Positions 40,919 to 50,370 of a DNA stretch of 64,000 bases are shown here, piece by piece. Under the pieces are notes generated by a model. That model had not been told where the DNA came from. It saw only the letters and a program-made list of their open reading frames with translations, and did no database searches. How positions within the stretch are numbered: the stretch's first letter is position 1; the number at the start of each line of letters is the position of its first letter. The DNA comes from Minisyncoccota bacterium (GTDB taxonomy: Bacteria; Patescibacteriota; Minisyncoccia; Phycocordibacterales; JABAAK01), in contig OY764332.1 in NCBI GenBank assembly GCA_963668425.1, forward strand, positions 41,241 to 105,240, in the 5' to 3' direction. The position numbers were made by a program, and so were the translations under genes.

Positions 40919-41664
40919 ACCTGAAGAAGGAGTTTTGGTTGAGATTGACATTGTTTGATTCTTTGTTTTGCCATCTCACAGTATTCTGGGGAAATATCAA
41001 TGCCGATATAATCTCTTTGTAAATTTACTGCTGAAACTGCCACTGTACCTGAACCCATAAATGGATCTAAGACAACTTGTGCGCTGGTTGAGGATATAAT
41101 ACGTTCTATTAAGCCAGATGGAAACGCAGCTGGATGGCCATTCTTCATTTCTTGAGTAAACTCCCACACATCACCACATCCGTTTGCTTTTGGCAGTAAT
41201 TTGAACTCTGGCTTTGCGATGAGGTAGATTACTTCGTAGGTAGGTAAGAAGTATCCTGGATTAAAATTAAAACCGCCCTTTCTACGCCAGATAATGATTT
41301 GGCGAACTGGAAAACCTGCTACAATATCTTGCCGATCCTGTAGTAAACCGCCCTGCACACGCCACTTATGGTTATAGAAAATTGCACCATCTTCAGGAAT
41401 AAGCCGCATCATCTCAGCTAGGCAGTTTCGTTGCCACTGTACATATTTCTCATGAGGCATACAGTCATCGTAATGCGAGTAACCATTTTGTAGTTTGGCA
41501 TTTGCCCATTTACCACCATTACCATTTTTTAGACCGTTGCCAGTAGAGTTTTTGATGTTGTATGGTGGCGAAGTGACCACCAAATCAATCGATTCGCTTG
41601 GTATTTGTTTCATAGCATCCAACACATCACCGCAAATAATGGTATTTAAAAACTTCTTTTTCAT
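40915..41664 (-). CDS. Beta-class N4-cytosine/N6-adenine DNA methyltransferase
   Basis: DLVVTSPPY, HPAAFP, VLDPFMGSGT. Confidence 0.93.
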   Translation of the reverse strand: MKKKFLNTIICGDVLDAMKQIPSESIDLVVTSPPYNIKNSTGNGLKNGNGGKWANAKLQNGYSHYDDCMPHEKYVQWQRNCLAEMMRLIPEDGAIFYNHKWRVQGGLLQDRQDIVAGFPVRQIIIWRRKGGFNFNPGYFLPTYEVIYLIAKPEFKLLPKANGCGDVWEFTQEMKNGHPAAFPSGLIERIISSTSAQVVLDPFMGSGTVAVSAVNLQRDYIGIDISPEYCEMAKQRIKQCQSQPKLLLQV

Positions 41665-41856
41665 GTTAGTTTTGACTATCTCTTATGTATTTTAGTATAC
41701 CAGTATCACTGAAGCACTCTGTACTGCCGGCAGAATTTTAATATTTTTGGAGGAATACTTAATCAAAATTTACTTGGGCTAGGGATTGCCTATATTGTTG
41801 GAGCAAATAATGTGAGAAAACAACTGCTATGGAATATTACTTACTATGAGATTGTG

Positions 41857-41927
41857 TGCGGGTAGGGAGAATCGAACTCCCGTTTTGGCCTTGGGAAGGC
41901 CACGTCATACCACTAAACCATACCCGC
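41857..41927 (-). tRNA. tRNA-Gly(CCC)
   Basis: GCGGGTA/TACCCGC, anticodon arm TGGCC-TT-CCC-AA-GGCCA. Confidence 0.95.
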
Positions 41928-42024
41928 GTAATGAGCAAACAAATCAAGAAACGAATGTTTTTTGTTTGCGCTGCGAATGAACAATTACTATCAGTATATC
42001 GCCTGTTTTTTAAGATGCTACTGC

Positions 42025-42909
42025 TTATTCTGTAGTGGTGAGCAGGTGCTGCTTGAAAAAGTCAGAGCAGGCAGTGCCACTGTTGCAGATGAGCAGGTAC
42101 TCAAGATTGTTATCCTGCAATAGCTTTGGAGTGGATTGTGGTGGTGTCGCGCAGGCGATAGTTGCAAAAACATCGGCTGCCAGTGCAGTTTCTGCAATGA
42201 TGTGAGCGGATATCTCACTGGTGTGTTCAGCAATGATGTGATGGTGTGCTGTGTCGGATTTGCGCCAACGGCGTTTATGTGTGCTTGAGCCGGCGAACCC
42301 CTGGTTTGTAAGAGGCACTTTTGCAATGCTGTTTTTTTGTTTAGTCGGATGTTCAATGAAAACGTCAATAGGAGAGTTATCAGGAAGTGTGGTTGCATAT
42401 ATATCACCACCACCGTTTACTAGGAAGTGTTTGATTCTAAGGTCTGTCTGTAGCATATTGGCTACCTCATCAATAAGCCACCCTTTTCCAAAACCGCCAA
42501 GGTCAACAGATCCCCGATGTAGTGTGATTTGTTTTTTATCTATTATGAGATCAATGTCTGGATTTGCAGGTGCTGTGCTGTCATTTGAGCGTACTGTTTG
42601 TGATGCCCCATACCCACGAGCAACTTGTGTGTGGGCAGATAGGAAATTGAACATGCCTTTTGTGTCTTTGTAGAGTTTTTTCCCGAATTGCAACAGAGCG
42701 ATAAGTTCGTCAGTAGGATTTTCAAGAATGCCTGTTCTGTTGAGTTTCCCTATAAAGGAAGTATTTAAAAAGCGTGAGTATTGCTTCTCAAAAACAGTAA
42801 GGCGTTTTGTGATGCAGTCAGTAACTTCCTTTTCTCTTTCCTCTGGTGCATCAAATAGGTCAAACCACCACAGTGTTCCTAGTGCCGCGATTTCTTTAAT
42901 TCGTATCAT
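42025..42909 (-). CDS. apbE: FAD:protein FMN transferase
   Basis: ALGT, YSRF..S, DLGGFGKGWLID, VNGGGDI, HHII, ADVFAT. Confidence 0.92.
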   Translation of the reverse strand: MIRIKEIAALGTLWWFDLFDAPEEREKEVTDCITKRLTVFEKQYSRFLNTSFIGKLNRTGILENPTDELIALLQFGKKLYKDTKGMFNFLSAHTQVARGYGASQTVRSNDSTAPANPDIDLIIDKKQITLHRGSVDLGGFGKGWLIDEVANMLQTDLRIKHFLVNGGGDIYATTLPDNSPIDVFIEHPTKQKNSIAKVPLTNQGFAGSSTHKRRWRKSDTAHHHIIAEHTSEISAHIIAETALAADVFATIACATPPQSTPKLLQDNNLEYLLICNSGTACSDFFKQHLLTTTE

Positions 42910-43370
42910 TATAGAGATGCGTCTGATGCAATATCTGCTAATGCTTCATTAAAGGCAACAGTGGTCAGTGATGCGCCACCGACCCGTGCTAGGTCAAGAT
43001 CGTCTATCTCTACACCAAGTACCAGTTGCTCATATGCCCCATCAAACCCTGTGTGGCTAGGTGTTTTTGCCTCCGCGTCATCGTAGAGCACATCTGCTGC
43101 GGTGATGACATCGTTATTGATAGTCAATGTAACAGAGATATTGTGCTGTACACGTTTTGGTGTGAAATATGCTGCGTCTGCGGTGTATGTGCCGTTGTTA
43201 TAGGTGTTTTTTTCTGCGGAGATGGTGTCTGCTTCCCTGTCGGACGTGGTTGTGTATTCTACCGGCGGATCTAGGGGCTGATCTATGGGCGATTGCTTGT
43301 TTGGAAATACAAAAAATAGGAGGCCGGCAGCTGCGCCAATGATAACGATGATAATGAGTGCGATGGGCAT
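42909..43370 (-). CDS. Membrane-anchored FMN-binding (flavinylation substrate) protein
   Basis: N-terminal TM, YNNGTYTA, VGGASLTT..FNEAL flavinylation motif. Confidence 0.88.
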   Translation of the reverse strand: MPIALIIIVIIGAAAGLLFFVFPNKQSPIDQPLDPPVEYTTTSDREADTISAEKNTYNNGTYTADAAYFTPKRVQHNISVTLTINNDVITAADVLYDDAEAKTPSHTGFDGAYEQLVLGVEIDDLDLARVGGASLTTVAFNEALADIASDASL

Positions 43371-43420
43371 ATGCGATATATGACTGTGTGATGTAGTATA
43401 CCACGGAAAAGTTGTTGCAG

Positions 43421-44938
43421 TCATGCCAGTCCCGGGAAAAAGTCACGTATGATGTTTTCTTTTGACACCTTACTATTTTTGAGCAGCAGTGAATATGCAC
43501 GCACCATTTCGGACGGCCCTGAAAGATACCATACTCGCTCTTGATAGTCGGGGGTATGCTCTTTAATACTGCCTTCCGTGAGAAATCCATGCATGTACCC
43601 GCTTCTCTTCTCTTCTGCTAACACATGCACTACCTTGCACCATCCAGCATCAGCAAGTGAGGTGAAGATCTCTCGGTATGCGATGTCCTCGTAGGTGTTG
43701 TTACAGTAGAACAAAACGATATCTCGTGGAATATTCTGTTGCTTGATATGACTGAAATGACTCAGAAATGGAGTAATGCCGATGCCGCCTGCGACAAACG
43801 CAAGCTTTGCCTTGGTATCTTTTGGTAAAAGAAAATCACCGGCACGTTGACTGCCAATGATGTGATCTCCTGGTTTTAGTTTTTGCAGTGCTTGCTTGTA
43901 TGTGCTTCCTTTTTCAGAAAACCGTACCGCCATGCGCAGAGTACTTTCATGTGGTGCGGAGGCAATAGTAAAGTAACGTCTGATACCACGGCTATCTGGC
44001 TTTTTATGAGGTAGTGTCCATTCAAGATACTGTCCGGCATGAAACTGCATATCAGCCGGTTTTCTAAAAATAAATTCTTTTGTGTTTTTAGTAATTTCTT
44101 TTACTTTGATGAGCGCTGGGTGTATTTTTTGGCGTAGAGAAAATGGATAGAAGGCGAGGTTGCCGATAATTAGTGCGAGTTCTGGAGACATTGCTATATA
44201 CGGTGCAAAAAAAGTGGCGCTGGATAATCCGCCGACCAGTGCACCATACCACCGTTGCAATTTCTTGGTTGGCGGGGTGGTAAATGGCTCGGTCAGCATA
44301 AAAAATGCAAGGAACAATATTGGCCATGAGGTAAAGAAGGTTGGTATAGCAGAGAACGTGTTAGTACCAAGTCGCCATGCTTCAAATATATATACAACAA
44401 ATGCAGTGCCCACACACCAGCACACGAGGTTCCACCGTCGTATCTTCATTACCACAAGAGACCCTGCTGCCAGCAGTGGTACAAATAGCCATGGAGTCCC
44501 TATCCACCATGTCGCCTCAACAATTCCAGGTGCACTCAGTGCAAGCGCGCCAAATGCTGCAGGGTTAAAAATGTGCTGCTTTTTCCATGCAAAGAGAAAT
44601 TTTGAACCGATCGCAATGAAGGTAACAGCACTGATGACCCATTGTCCAGACAGTGTGGGTGCAGGGACAAAAAGGAAAAAGATAATCAGTGCTGTTATTA
44701 TTGCCGAGCCATGATTTGCGGATACACGCCATAGCCGAGCAAGTGCTACATTACTTATCATAGCAACACCAAGCGCAGTAGCAAGTGAAGCTGTCTGATC
44801 AATGAAACTGTACGGCACTTTCCCTATCACTCCAAACACTAAACTTGTTGCGACTAAAAAATACAGCGCGAGTGTAACTGTGCGGTACATACCTACCCCG
44901 TCTAACCGCTTTCGTATGGTGTGTGCAATAGCAATCAT
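43421..44938 (-). CDS. RnfD/NqrB-like membrane domain fused to an FNR-type FAD/NAD(P)-binding domain
   Basis: SAIITALI, KQHIFNPAA, FFMLTEPFTTP; then AGQY, RRYFTIASAP, AGGIGITP, YLSGP. Confidence 0.9.
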   Translation of the reverse strand: MIAIAHTIRKRLDGVGMYRTVTLALYFLVATSLVFGVIGKVPYSFIDQTASLATALGVAMISNVALARLWRVSANHGSAIITALIIFFLFVPAPTLSGQWVISAVTFIAIGSKFLFAWKKQHIFNPAAFGALALSAPGIVEATWWIGTPWLFVPLLAAGSLVVMKIRRWNLVCWCVGTAFVVYIFEAWRLGTNTFSAIPTFFTSWPILFLAFFMLTEPFTTPPTKKLQRWYGALVGGLSSATFFAPYIAMSPELALIIGNLAFYPFSLRQKIHPALIKVKEITKNTKEFIFRKPADMQFHAGQYLEWTLPHKKPDSRGIRRYFTIASAPHESTLRMAVRFSEKGSTYKQALQKLKPGDHIIGSQRAGDFLLPKDTKAKLAFVAGGIGITPFLSHFSHIKQQNIPRDIVLFYCNNTYEDIAYREIFTSLADAGWCKVVHVLAEEKRSGYMHGFLTEGSIKEHTPDYQERVWYLSGPSEMVRAYSLLLKNSKVSKENIIRDFFPGLA

Positions 44939-45023
44939 GCTATTTGTAGTATAGCGTTATAGGAAGGTTTGAATTTACTATAAAGAAGATGTATACTACT
45001 AGAGAAGAGGTATTGCATATTCT

Positions 45024-45200
45024 ATGATTTTTTCTTTTTGGAAGGATAAAAATGGTGGTAAAAAGGATGGTGGAGCAATATCACCTGCAGAGTAGGCATC
45101 TAGGGATTTTGTAAATATGACGGCAAGAGATCATAAAAAATTGATGAAGAAAGTTATCAGAAAGGCCTCAGAGGATCAAATGAAAATTTTGAGGAGTTAG
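45024..45200 (+). pseudogene. Possible small gene interrupted by an in-frame TAG
   Basis: MIFSFWKDKNGGKKDGGAISPAE*ASRDFVNMTARDHKKLMKKVIRKASEDQMKILRS; TAG at 45093-45095. Confidence 0.35.
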
Positions 45201-45241
45201 CATGAAGTGGGTAATAGCATTGTGGTACCATATCAAATGAT

Positions 45242-45315
45242 GCTGGCGTAGCTCAGTTGGTTAGAGCGTAGGACTCATAAACCTAAGGTCGGTGGTTCAA
45301 ATCCACCCGTCAGCA
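45242..45315 (+). tRNA. tRNA with CAT anticodon (elongator Met or Ile2)
   Basis: GCTGGCG/CGTCAGC, loop CT-CAT-AA; no initiator GGG/CCC stem. Confidence 0.9.
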
Positions 45316-45353
45316 CTACAGTGTTGTATGGAGCAGGAAGTATTTTTTTCTTG

Positions 45354-47129
45354 TTAACCATCAAGATAGTCAATGTCTCTCTGGAATATTCTTGCGTTGG
45401 ATGCAACTGCGTTGCAGTAGTTTAATGCGTGCTGTTTGTATCTTCCCAGTCGCCACCCTGGTCCGGCATAGTAGCTTGCCGCTGCATTACATTCATCCTT
45501 TGTGGCGCCAAGTTTTTGTAGATATGTCGCGGAAGCAAAAAAGGCATCTCGTGGATTCCATGGGTTGGATGGTCGGTGATTAGCTGCTTTTGCTCGTATG
45601 ATATCTTTATCCGCCCTATACTGCCATGGTCCAGAGTAAAAATGTAGTTGATTAATGGCATTTCTTGTTGAGTTGCCGACTATGCCGGTGCCACGAGTGT
45701 ACCCGTACGGATGTAAAATCCTGCTTGCGTATTTCTCTTGAAATCTACTTACCGCTGCTGCTGTTTTACTGGCGTAGCGACTACTCTCATTTCCAGGACT
45801 ACCCTCTCCGCTTGTCGCGATGGTGAATCCGTTTTGATTTAAAAACTGCTGCAATCGCTTTACATCTGCACCAGTGCTTCCCACCTGCAATGTGCGTGTT
45901 GTTTGTATAAGTTTTCTTCCGGGTGCGCTTGTGCCGGTTTTTGTGTTTATCAACCCCCCAAACTGAACCCATGTTGACGGTATAAACTGTGCCGGACCCA
46001 TTGCACCACCCCAACCAAACCCTGGATTTGCGGATACTTTTAGCTCGTTTGGATTGTTGAATCCAAGCAACTTTGCGATATACGGAAAAATCGGCGCATC
46101 CCGAGTCGGGTGCATGTCAGTTATGTAGTTTCCGGTTCCAACATTCTTCCCAAGGTCGGACTCATTTTTAATCAAGCCGAGCAAAAAGGCAGGTCGCACG
46201 CCGGTTGCTCGTTGCGCCTCTTGGGCATACTGCACCGCCTGACCAAATGAAATATCACCGCTTCCGCGCAATTCAAATAAGCGATTTTGTATTTCTGCAA
46301 CCCTGCTTTCATATCCACTTAATTTTTCCACTGTTTGTTTTTCTTGGGTCACTTGCAAATCAAGCAAACGCTCTTTTTCTTTTCTTTGATATTGCACTTG
46401 ACTTACCGTTGCCTGTTGCTGTTGTCGTGCTGATCCGCGCTGATCTTTTCTTTGCTGCAGGTCATCAATATTTGCTGCGAAACGCTTTTGTAATACCTCC
46501 ACTTTTTGTATAGAATCTTCCATTGTCTCCCGCAATGATTGATATTCATTAATACGGTTAAAGAATGAAGAAAGGGTTGCGTTTGAGAACAGAAACCTGG
46601 CAAACCCTTGTTGCTCTGATTCGTTGATGCGCTGCAGCAATGTACGCAAAAATTGCTGATTTTCAGAAAGCTGTTGAGCAAGGTTTTCAATTGTGCTCTC
46701 TTTAGTATTAATCTCTTCCCCTAATGCTTCGATGGCTGTATCAATTTGGCGAATGCGAACTAATCCTCTGTTAATCTCGTTGTTTATTAATAAAATATCA
46801 GATTCGGTACCCTTCCGCGCATTCGCTTGCTCTTGCAATATCTTTTCATTTTTTTCAATTTGTGCCTGACACTCCGCAAGCGCTTTCTCCAGCGCCTTCC
46901 GACTAGTATCAAGATTGGTAAAGCATTCTTCCGCAGATGTTGTGAGCGGATGCTGTACTACCAATGTTACCAAGCAAAGCAAAAAAACACTGCAAAGAGT
47001 GCCTGCTCTTATAGAAATGCTTTCTCTATTCCTCTGTGGAGGTATCTTCTTTGTCGCCGTCTTCGGTGGCTTCTTCCTCCTTCTTACCGCCTTTTCCGGT
47101 AACTTCAATTTTTGATAGGTAATCTTCAT
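45354..47129 (-). CDS. Coiled-coil lytic transglycosylase (SLT_2/MltB-like) with an inserted peptidoglycan-binding domain
   Basis: TM/signal, long coiled coil, IKNESDLGKNVG, GGAMGPAQFIPSTW, LQVGSTGADVKRLQQFLN, NPWNPRDAFFASATYL; start uncertain. Confidence 0.85.
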   Translation of the reverse strand: MKITYQKLKLPEKAVRRRKKPPKTATKKIPPQRNRESISIRAGTLCSVFLLCLVTLVVQHPLTTSAEECFTNLDTSRKALEKALAECQAQIEKNEKILQEQANARKGTESDILLINNEINRGLVRIRQIDTAIEALGEEINTKESTIENLAQQLSENQQFLRTLLQRINESEQQGFARFLFSNATLSSFFNRINEYQSLRETMEDSIQKVEVLQKRFAANIDDLQQRKDQRGSARQQQQATVSQVQYQRKEKERLLDLQVTQEKQTVEKLSGYESRVAEIQNRLFELRGSGDISFGQAVQYAQEAQRATGVRPAFLLGLIKNESDLGKNVGTGNYITDMHPTRDAPIFPYIAKLLGFNNPNELKVSANPGFGWGGAMGPAQFIPSTWVQFGGLINTKTGTSAPGRKLIQTTRTLQVGSTGADVKRLQQFLNQNGFTIATSGEGSPGNESSRYASKTAAAVSRFQEKYASRILHPYGYTRGTGIVGNSTRNAINQLHFYSGPWQYRADKDIIRAKAANHRPSNPWNPRDAFFASATYLQKLGATKDECNAAASYYAGPGWRLGRYKQHALNYCNAVASNARIFQRDIDYLDG

Positions 47130-47694
47130 CGGTTTCTGTTCCTTGTTCTTCCTCTTGAGATTCTTCCATAATGGACACGATAATCTCATCTGTATTCGTT
47201 ACCAGTGTAACATTCTCTGGAAGTGGTATGGCAGATGCTGTTAGGCGGGAGCCGATCTCTTGGAGATCGCTGACATCAGCAATAACTTGGCTCGGGATGT
47301 GTTGTGGCAGAGCACGCACTTCAATTTTGTCCAGTGTTACTAACACCTGTCCTCCATATGCTTTCTCTGCTGGTGCCTCACCTTCAATGTGTACCGGCAC
47401 TTCGTGTGTCACCTCTTGTGTTGCATCAACAAACAAAAAATCAACATGGAGTGGCTCCTCAGTGATAGGATGATATGCGACATCCTGTACCATTACTTGC
47501 TTTTCTGATACATCACCGTCTATCTCAAATACCATTTTATCAGATGTTAATGCTGTTTTTAATGTTTTTGTATTGACTGTATATGACTGTGGCTTTTCCT
47601 GATTGCCGTAGCAGACAACTGGTGTCTGTCCTTGTGCACGCAGACCCGCAACCTTTTTACCTACCACTTCCCTTTTCAAAAATGCTATTTTCAT
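47026..47694 (-). CDS. rplY: 50S ribosomal protein L25/Ctc
   Basis: LRAQGQTPVVCYG, QDVAYHPI..PLHVDF, VPVHIEGEAP, acidic tail. Confidence 0.93.
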   Translation of the reverse strand: MKIAFLKREVVGKKVAGLRAQGQTPVVCYGNQEKPQSYTVNTKTLKTALTSDKMVFEIDGDVSEKQVMVQDVAYHPITEEPLHVDFLFVDATQEVTHEVPVHIEGEAPAEKAYGGQVLVTLDKIEVRALPQHIPSQVIADVSDLQEIGSRLTASAIPLPENVTLVTNTDEIIVSIMEESQEEEQGTETDEDYLSKIEVTGKGGKKEEEATEDGDKEDTSTEE

Positions 47695-47785
47695 ACTATA
47701 TATATTACCTTATATGTTTTAAGTGCGCAATGCACACATCACTGTGCAAATGCCGCCAAACAAATATCACCCAACCCATACATGA

Positions 47786-47915
47786 GCGGTACACGTTGAA
47801 CATACAATGAGTTTGCGGTACGGAACAATTTTCTTTTGCTGAGGGTTTCTGTATATCTCCCTCTGCAAAAGAAAGATTGTGGAGTGCCGCTTATGGCAAA
47901 AGGTGTGTACAACGG
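47786..47915 (+). ncRNA. Rod-shaped hairpin with central bubble (6S-RNA-like candidate)
   Basis: Nested stems 47789-47795/47904-47910, 47815-47821/47884-47890 and ~47825-47845/47859-47880. Confidence 0.45.
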
Positions 47916-47929
47916 ATACCCAAGCCAAG

Positions 47930-48002
47930 AGCCACCTGTCGGATTTGAACCGACGACCTACGCGTTACGAGTGCGTTGCTCTACCGACTGAGCTAAGGTG
48001 GC
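47930..48002 (-). tRNA. tRNA-Thr(CGT)
   Basis: GCCACCT/AGGTGGC, loop CT-CGT-AA. Confidence 0.94.
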
Positions 48003-48070
48003 GGATACCTGTACTATACCAGCAACATACTATATATCTCGCCTTGCTCATACTGTTACTCAAGTGGTGC

Positions 48071-50224
48071 TTACCACTTCTCAACGATGAGGAGTTTTTG
48101 TGTTTTATACGCTCCTTCTGGGATATGTTGCCAAATGGTTTCGGTGATAAACGGCATAAACGGGTGTAGTGCCTTGAGCGAGTTAGCGTAGAGATACAGC
48201 AGTAATGATTGTCGCGACTGCTTAATGTCGGCACTGCTGTCTGAGAAAATCTTTTTACTTTCTTCAATAATATTGTCCGCGAAGGTGTGCCATGTATACT
48301 GGTAGATTTTTTCAGCGGCAAGGTGATATCTATGCTGCTCCATATCGTCTGTTATCTCTTGCAGGAGTGTGTCAAATGAATTTTTGTGCTCTTTGTCTTG
48401 CTTTGTAATAGCATTTGTATATACACACCCATTTGTTTCAGTCAAGATAAACCGTCCGATATTCCATACCTTGTTTGCGAATTTTTTATATCCACGAATT
48501 TTATCCAAAGAGAAATTAATATGTTCTCCGGGTACGTTGCCGACAATGTATGCCATACGCATTGCATCCGTGCCGTACTCTTTTGCCACCTCAGTCGGAT
48601 CAATGACATTACCTTTTGACTTACTCATCTTCTCTCCCTTACTATCCCGCACCAATCCGTGTAAATACACTTCCTTAAACGGCGCTTTGCCGGTACGGTA
48701 GAGTCCTAGCAATATCATTCGCACTACCCAAAAAAATAAGATATCATTTCCGGTTTCCATCATGTCTGTTGGGTAAAAAGTGTCGTACTCTTTTCCATCT
48801 GGGTATCCAAGGGTAATAAATGGCCACTGTCCAGAGGAGAACCATGTGTCAAATGTGTCAGGGTCCTGTTCAACAGCACCGCCACATTTTGTGCATTGTG
48901 TTATCGTGTTTTCAATGTCAACCATGCCATGATCACACTGTGTGCAGATTTTTGCCGGTATCGGTATGCCCCACACAATCTGTCGTGATATGTTCCAATC
49001 TTGTATTTGTGAAAGCCAGTGCAGTGCAACTCGCCTGTGCCGCTCTGTTACAAATACTACTTCTTTGTTGTTAATTGCCGTGATTGCCTGCTCTGCCAAT
49101 GGCTTCATCTTAATAAACCACTGCTTTTTGAGTTGTGGCTCAATTTCTTTTCCACACTTATAACATACTGATACTGCATGCGTATACTCCTTGTCAATTC
49201 GTACTATTAACCCCATTTTCCCCATTTTTTCCACAATTTTTCCACGAGCATCCATACTTTTCATGCCGGCAAATTCCCCTGCAATTGGCAATAGTTTCCC
49301 ACGTTCGTCAATAATCTGCTCCACCTCCAGATTGTGGCGTTGTGCTATTTCCCAGTCAATTTTTGAATGCCATGGTGTGATGGTCATTGCACCAGTTCCT
49401 TTTTCAGGGTCCCCCGCTTCGTCTTTTATCACCGTTGCCTCTACAGTGCCGTTAATCCAATTGATAGATATTTTTTGTCCGTGCTTGTACGCTTTGTACC
49501 GCTCATCGTCTGGATGTACTACCACATACTTATCACTGAATTTTGTTTCCGGTCGTACTGTACCGATAACGAAGGGTCCGTATTGAAGATAGTAAAATGG
49601 GTCTTTTCGCTCTACATGCTCTAACTCTAAATCAGAGAAACCTGTTTGATGTTTTGGACACCAGTGTACCGAGCGTAGAGAGCGATACAATAACCCATCT
49701 TTTTCCAGTTGCGCGAATGTCGCATACACCTGTTCTTTTACACGATCATCAAGCGTGAATAGCATTCGTGACCAATCACAACTTGCCCCAAGCGAGCGCA
49801 GCTGTCTTTCCATGTGTGATTTGTTTTCTTTTGTGAACGCCAATATTTCGGAGTACAACTCTTCTCGTGACATATCAAACCGTGATCGTTTCTCCTTTGC
49901 TAATTTTTTTTCATATACTACCTGTGTTTCAAATCCAGCATGATCTGCTCCGGGTACCCACAATGCTTTTTTACCTCGCATACGTTGATATCGCGCCATC
50001 ATGTCTTCTAATGTTACAAACAGTGCGTGTCCCGCATGCAATGAGCCGTTTGCATTTGGTGGTGGCATGATTATGGTATATGCTTTTTTTCGTTCTCCCG
50101 GCAGGTTGTCAGGATTAAAAAAACCACTTTCCTCCCACAATGTATATATCTTTTTCTCATTCTCTTCATGATTATACGGAGAGAGAAAAGTATTCGGAAT
50201 ATCAGGTGTAGTATTCATACCCAT
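48071..50224 (-). CDS. valS: Valine--tRNA ligase (short form without the C-terminal coiled coil)
   Basis: PPPNANGSLHAGH, DHAGFETQ, DWNISRQIVWG, DTWFSSGQWP, KMSKSKGN. Confidence 0.96.
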   Translation of the reverse strand: MGMNTTPDIPNTFLSPYNHEENEKKIYTLWEESGFFNPDNLPGERKKAYTIIMPPPNANGSLHAGHALFVTLEDMMARYQRMRGKKALWVPGADHAGFETQVVYEKKLAKEKRSRFDMSREELYSEILAFTKENKSHMERQLRSLGASCDWSRMLFTLDDRVKEQVYATFAQLEKDGLLYRSLRSVHWCPKHQTGFSDLELEHVERKDPFYYLQYGPFVIGTVRPETKFSDKYVVVHPDDERYKAYKHGQKISINWINGTVEATVIKDEAGDPEKGTGAMTITPWHSKIDWEIAQRHNLEVEQIIDERGKLLPIAGEFAGMKSMDARGKIVEKMGKMGLIVRIDKEYTHAVSVCYKCGKEIEPQLKKQWFIKMKPLAEQAITAINNKEVVFVTERHRRVALHWLSQIQDWNISRQIVWGIPIPAKICTQCDHGMVDIENTITQCTKCGGAVEQDPDTFDTWFSSGQWPFITLGYPDGKEYDTFYPTDMMETGNDILFFWVVRMILLGLYRTGKAPFKEVYLHGLVRDSKGEKMSKSKGNVIDPTEVAKEYGTDAMRMAYIVGNVPGEHINFSLDKIRGYKKFANKVWNIGRFILTETNGCVYTNAITKQDKEHKNSFDTLLQEITDDMEQHRYHLAAEKIYQYTWHTFADNIIEESKKIFSDSSADIKQSRQSLLLYLYANSLKALHPFMPFITETIWQHIPEGAYKTQKLLIVEKW

Positions 50225-50370
50225 AGTGTATCATCTCCTTCTGGTGAAAAAGTAGTTTGTCTTTAAAAAAATTAGGCGGTATACGTTACTGGATATTTTT
50301 GAAAAAGAATGCCTTGGTGCTATTTTCGTCTGTCTGTATTACATCCTACGAGGTTGTCACTAACTACCTG

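Noticed and set aside
45093-45095. Stop-codon reassignment suggested by an in-frame TAG
   Set aside because: Single weak case; other genes end normally at TAG, TGA or TAA, so code 11 fits.
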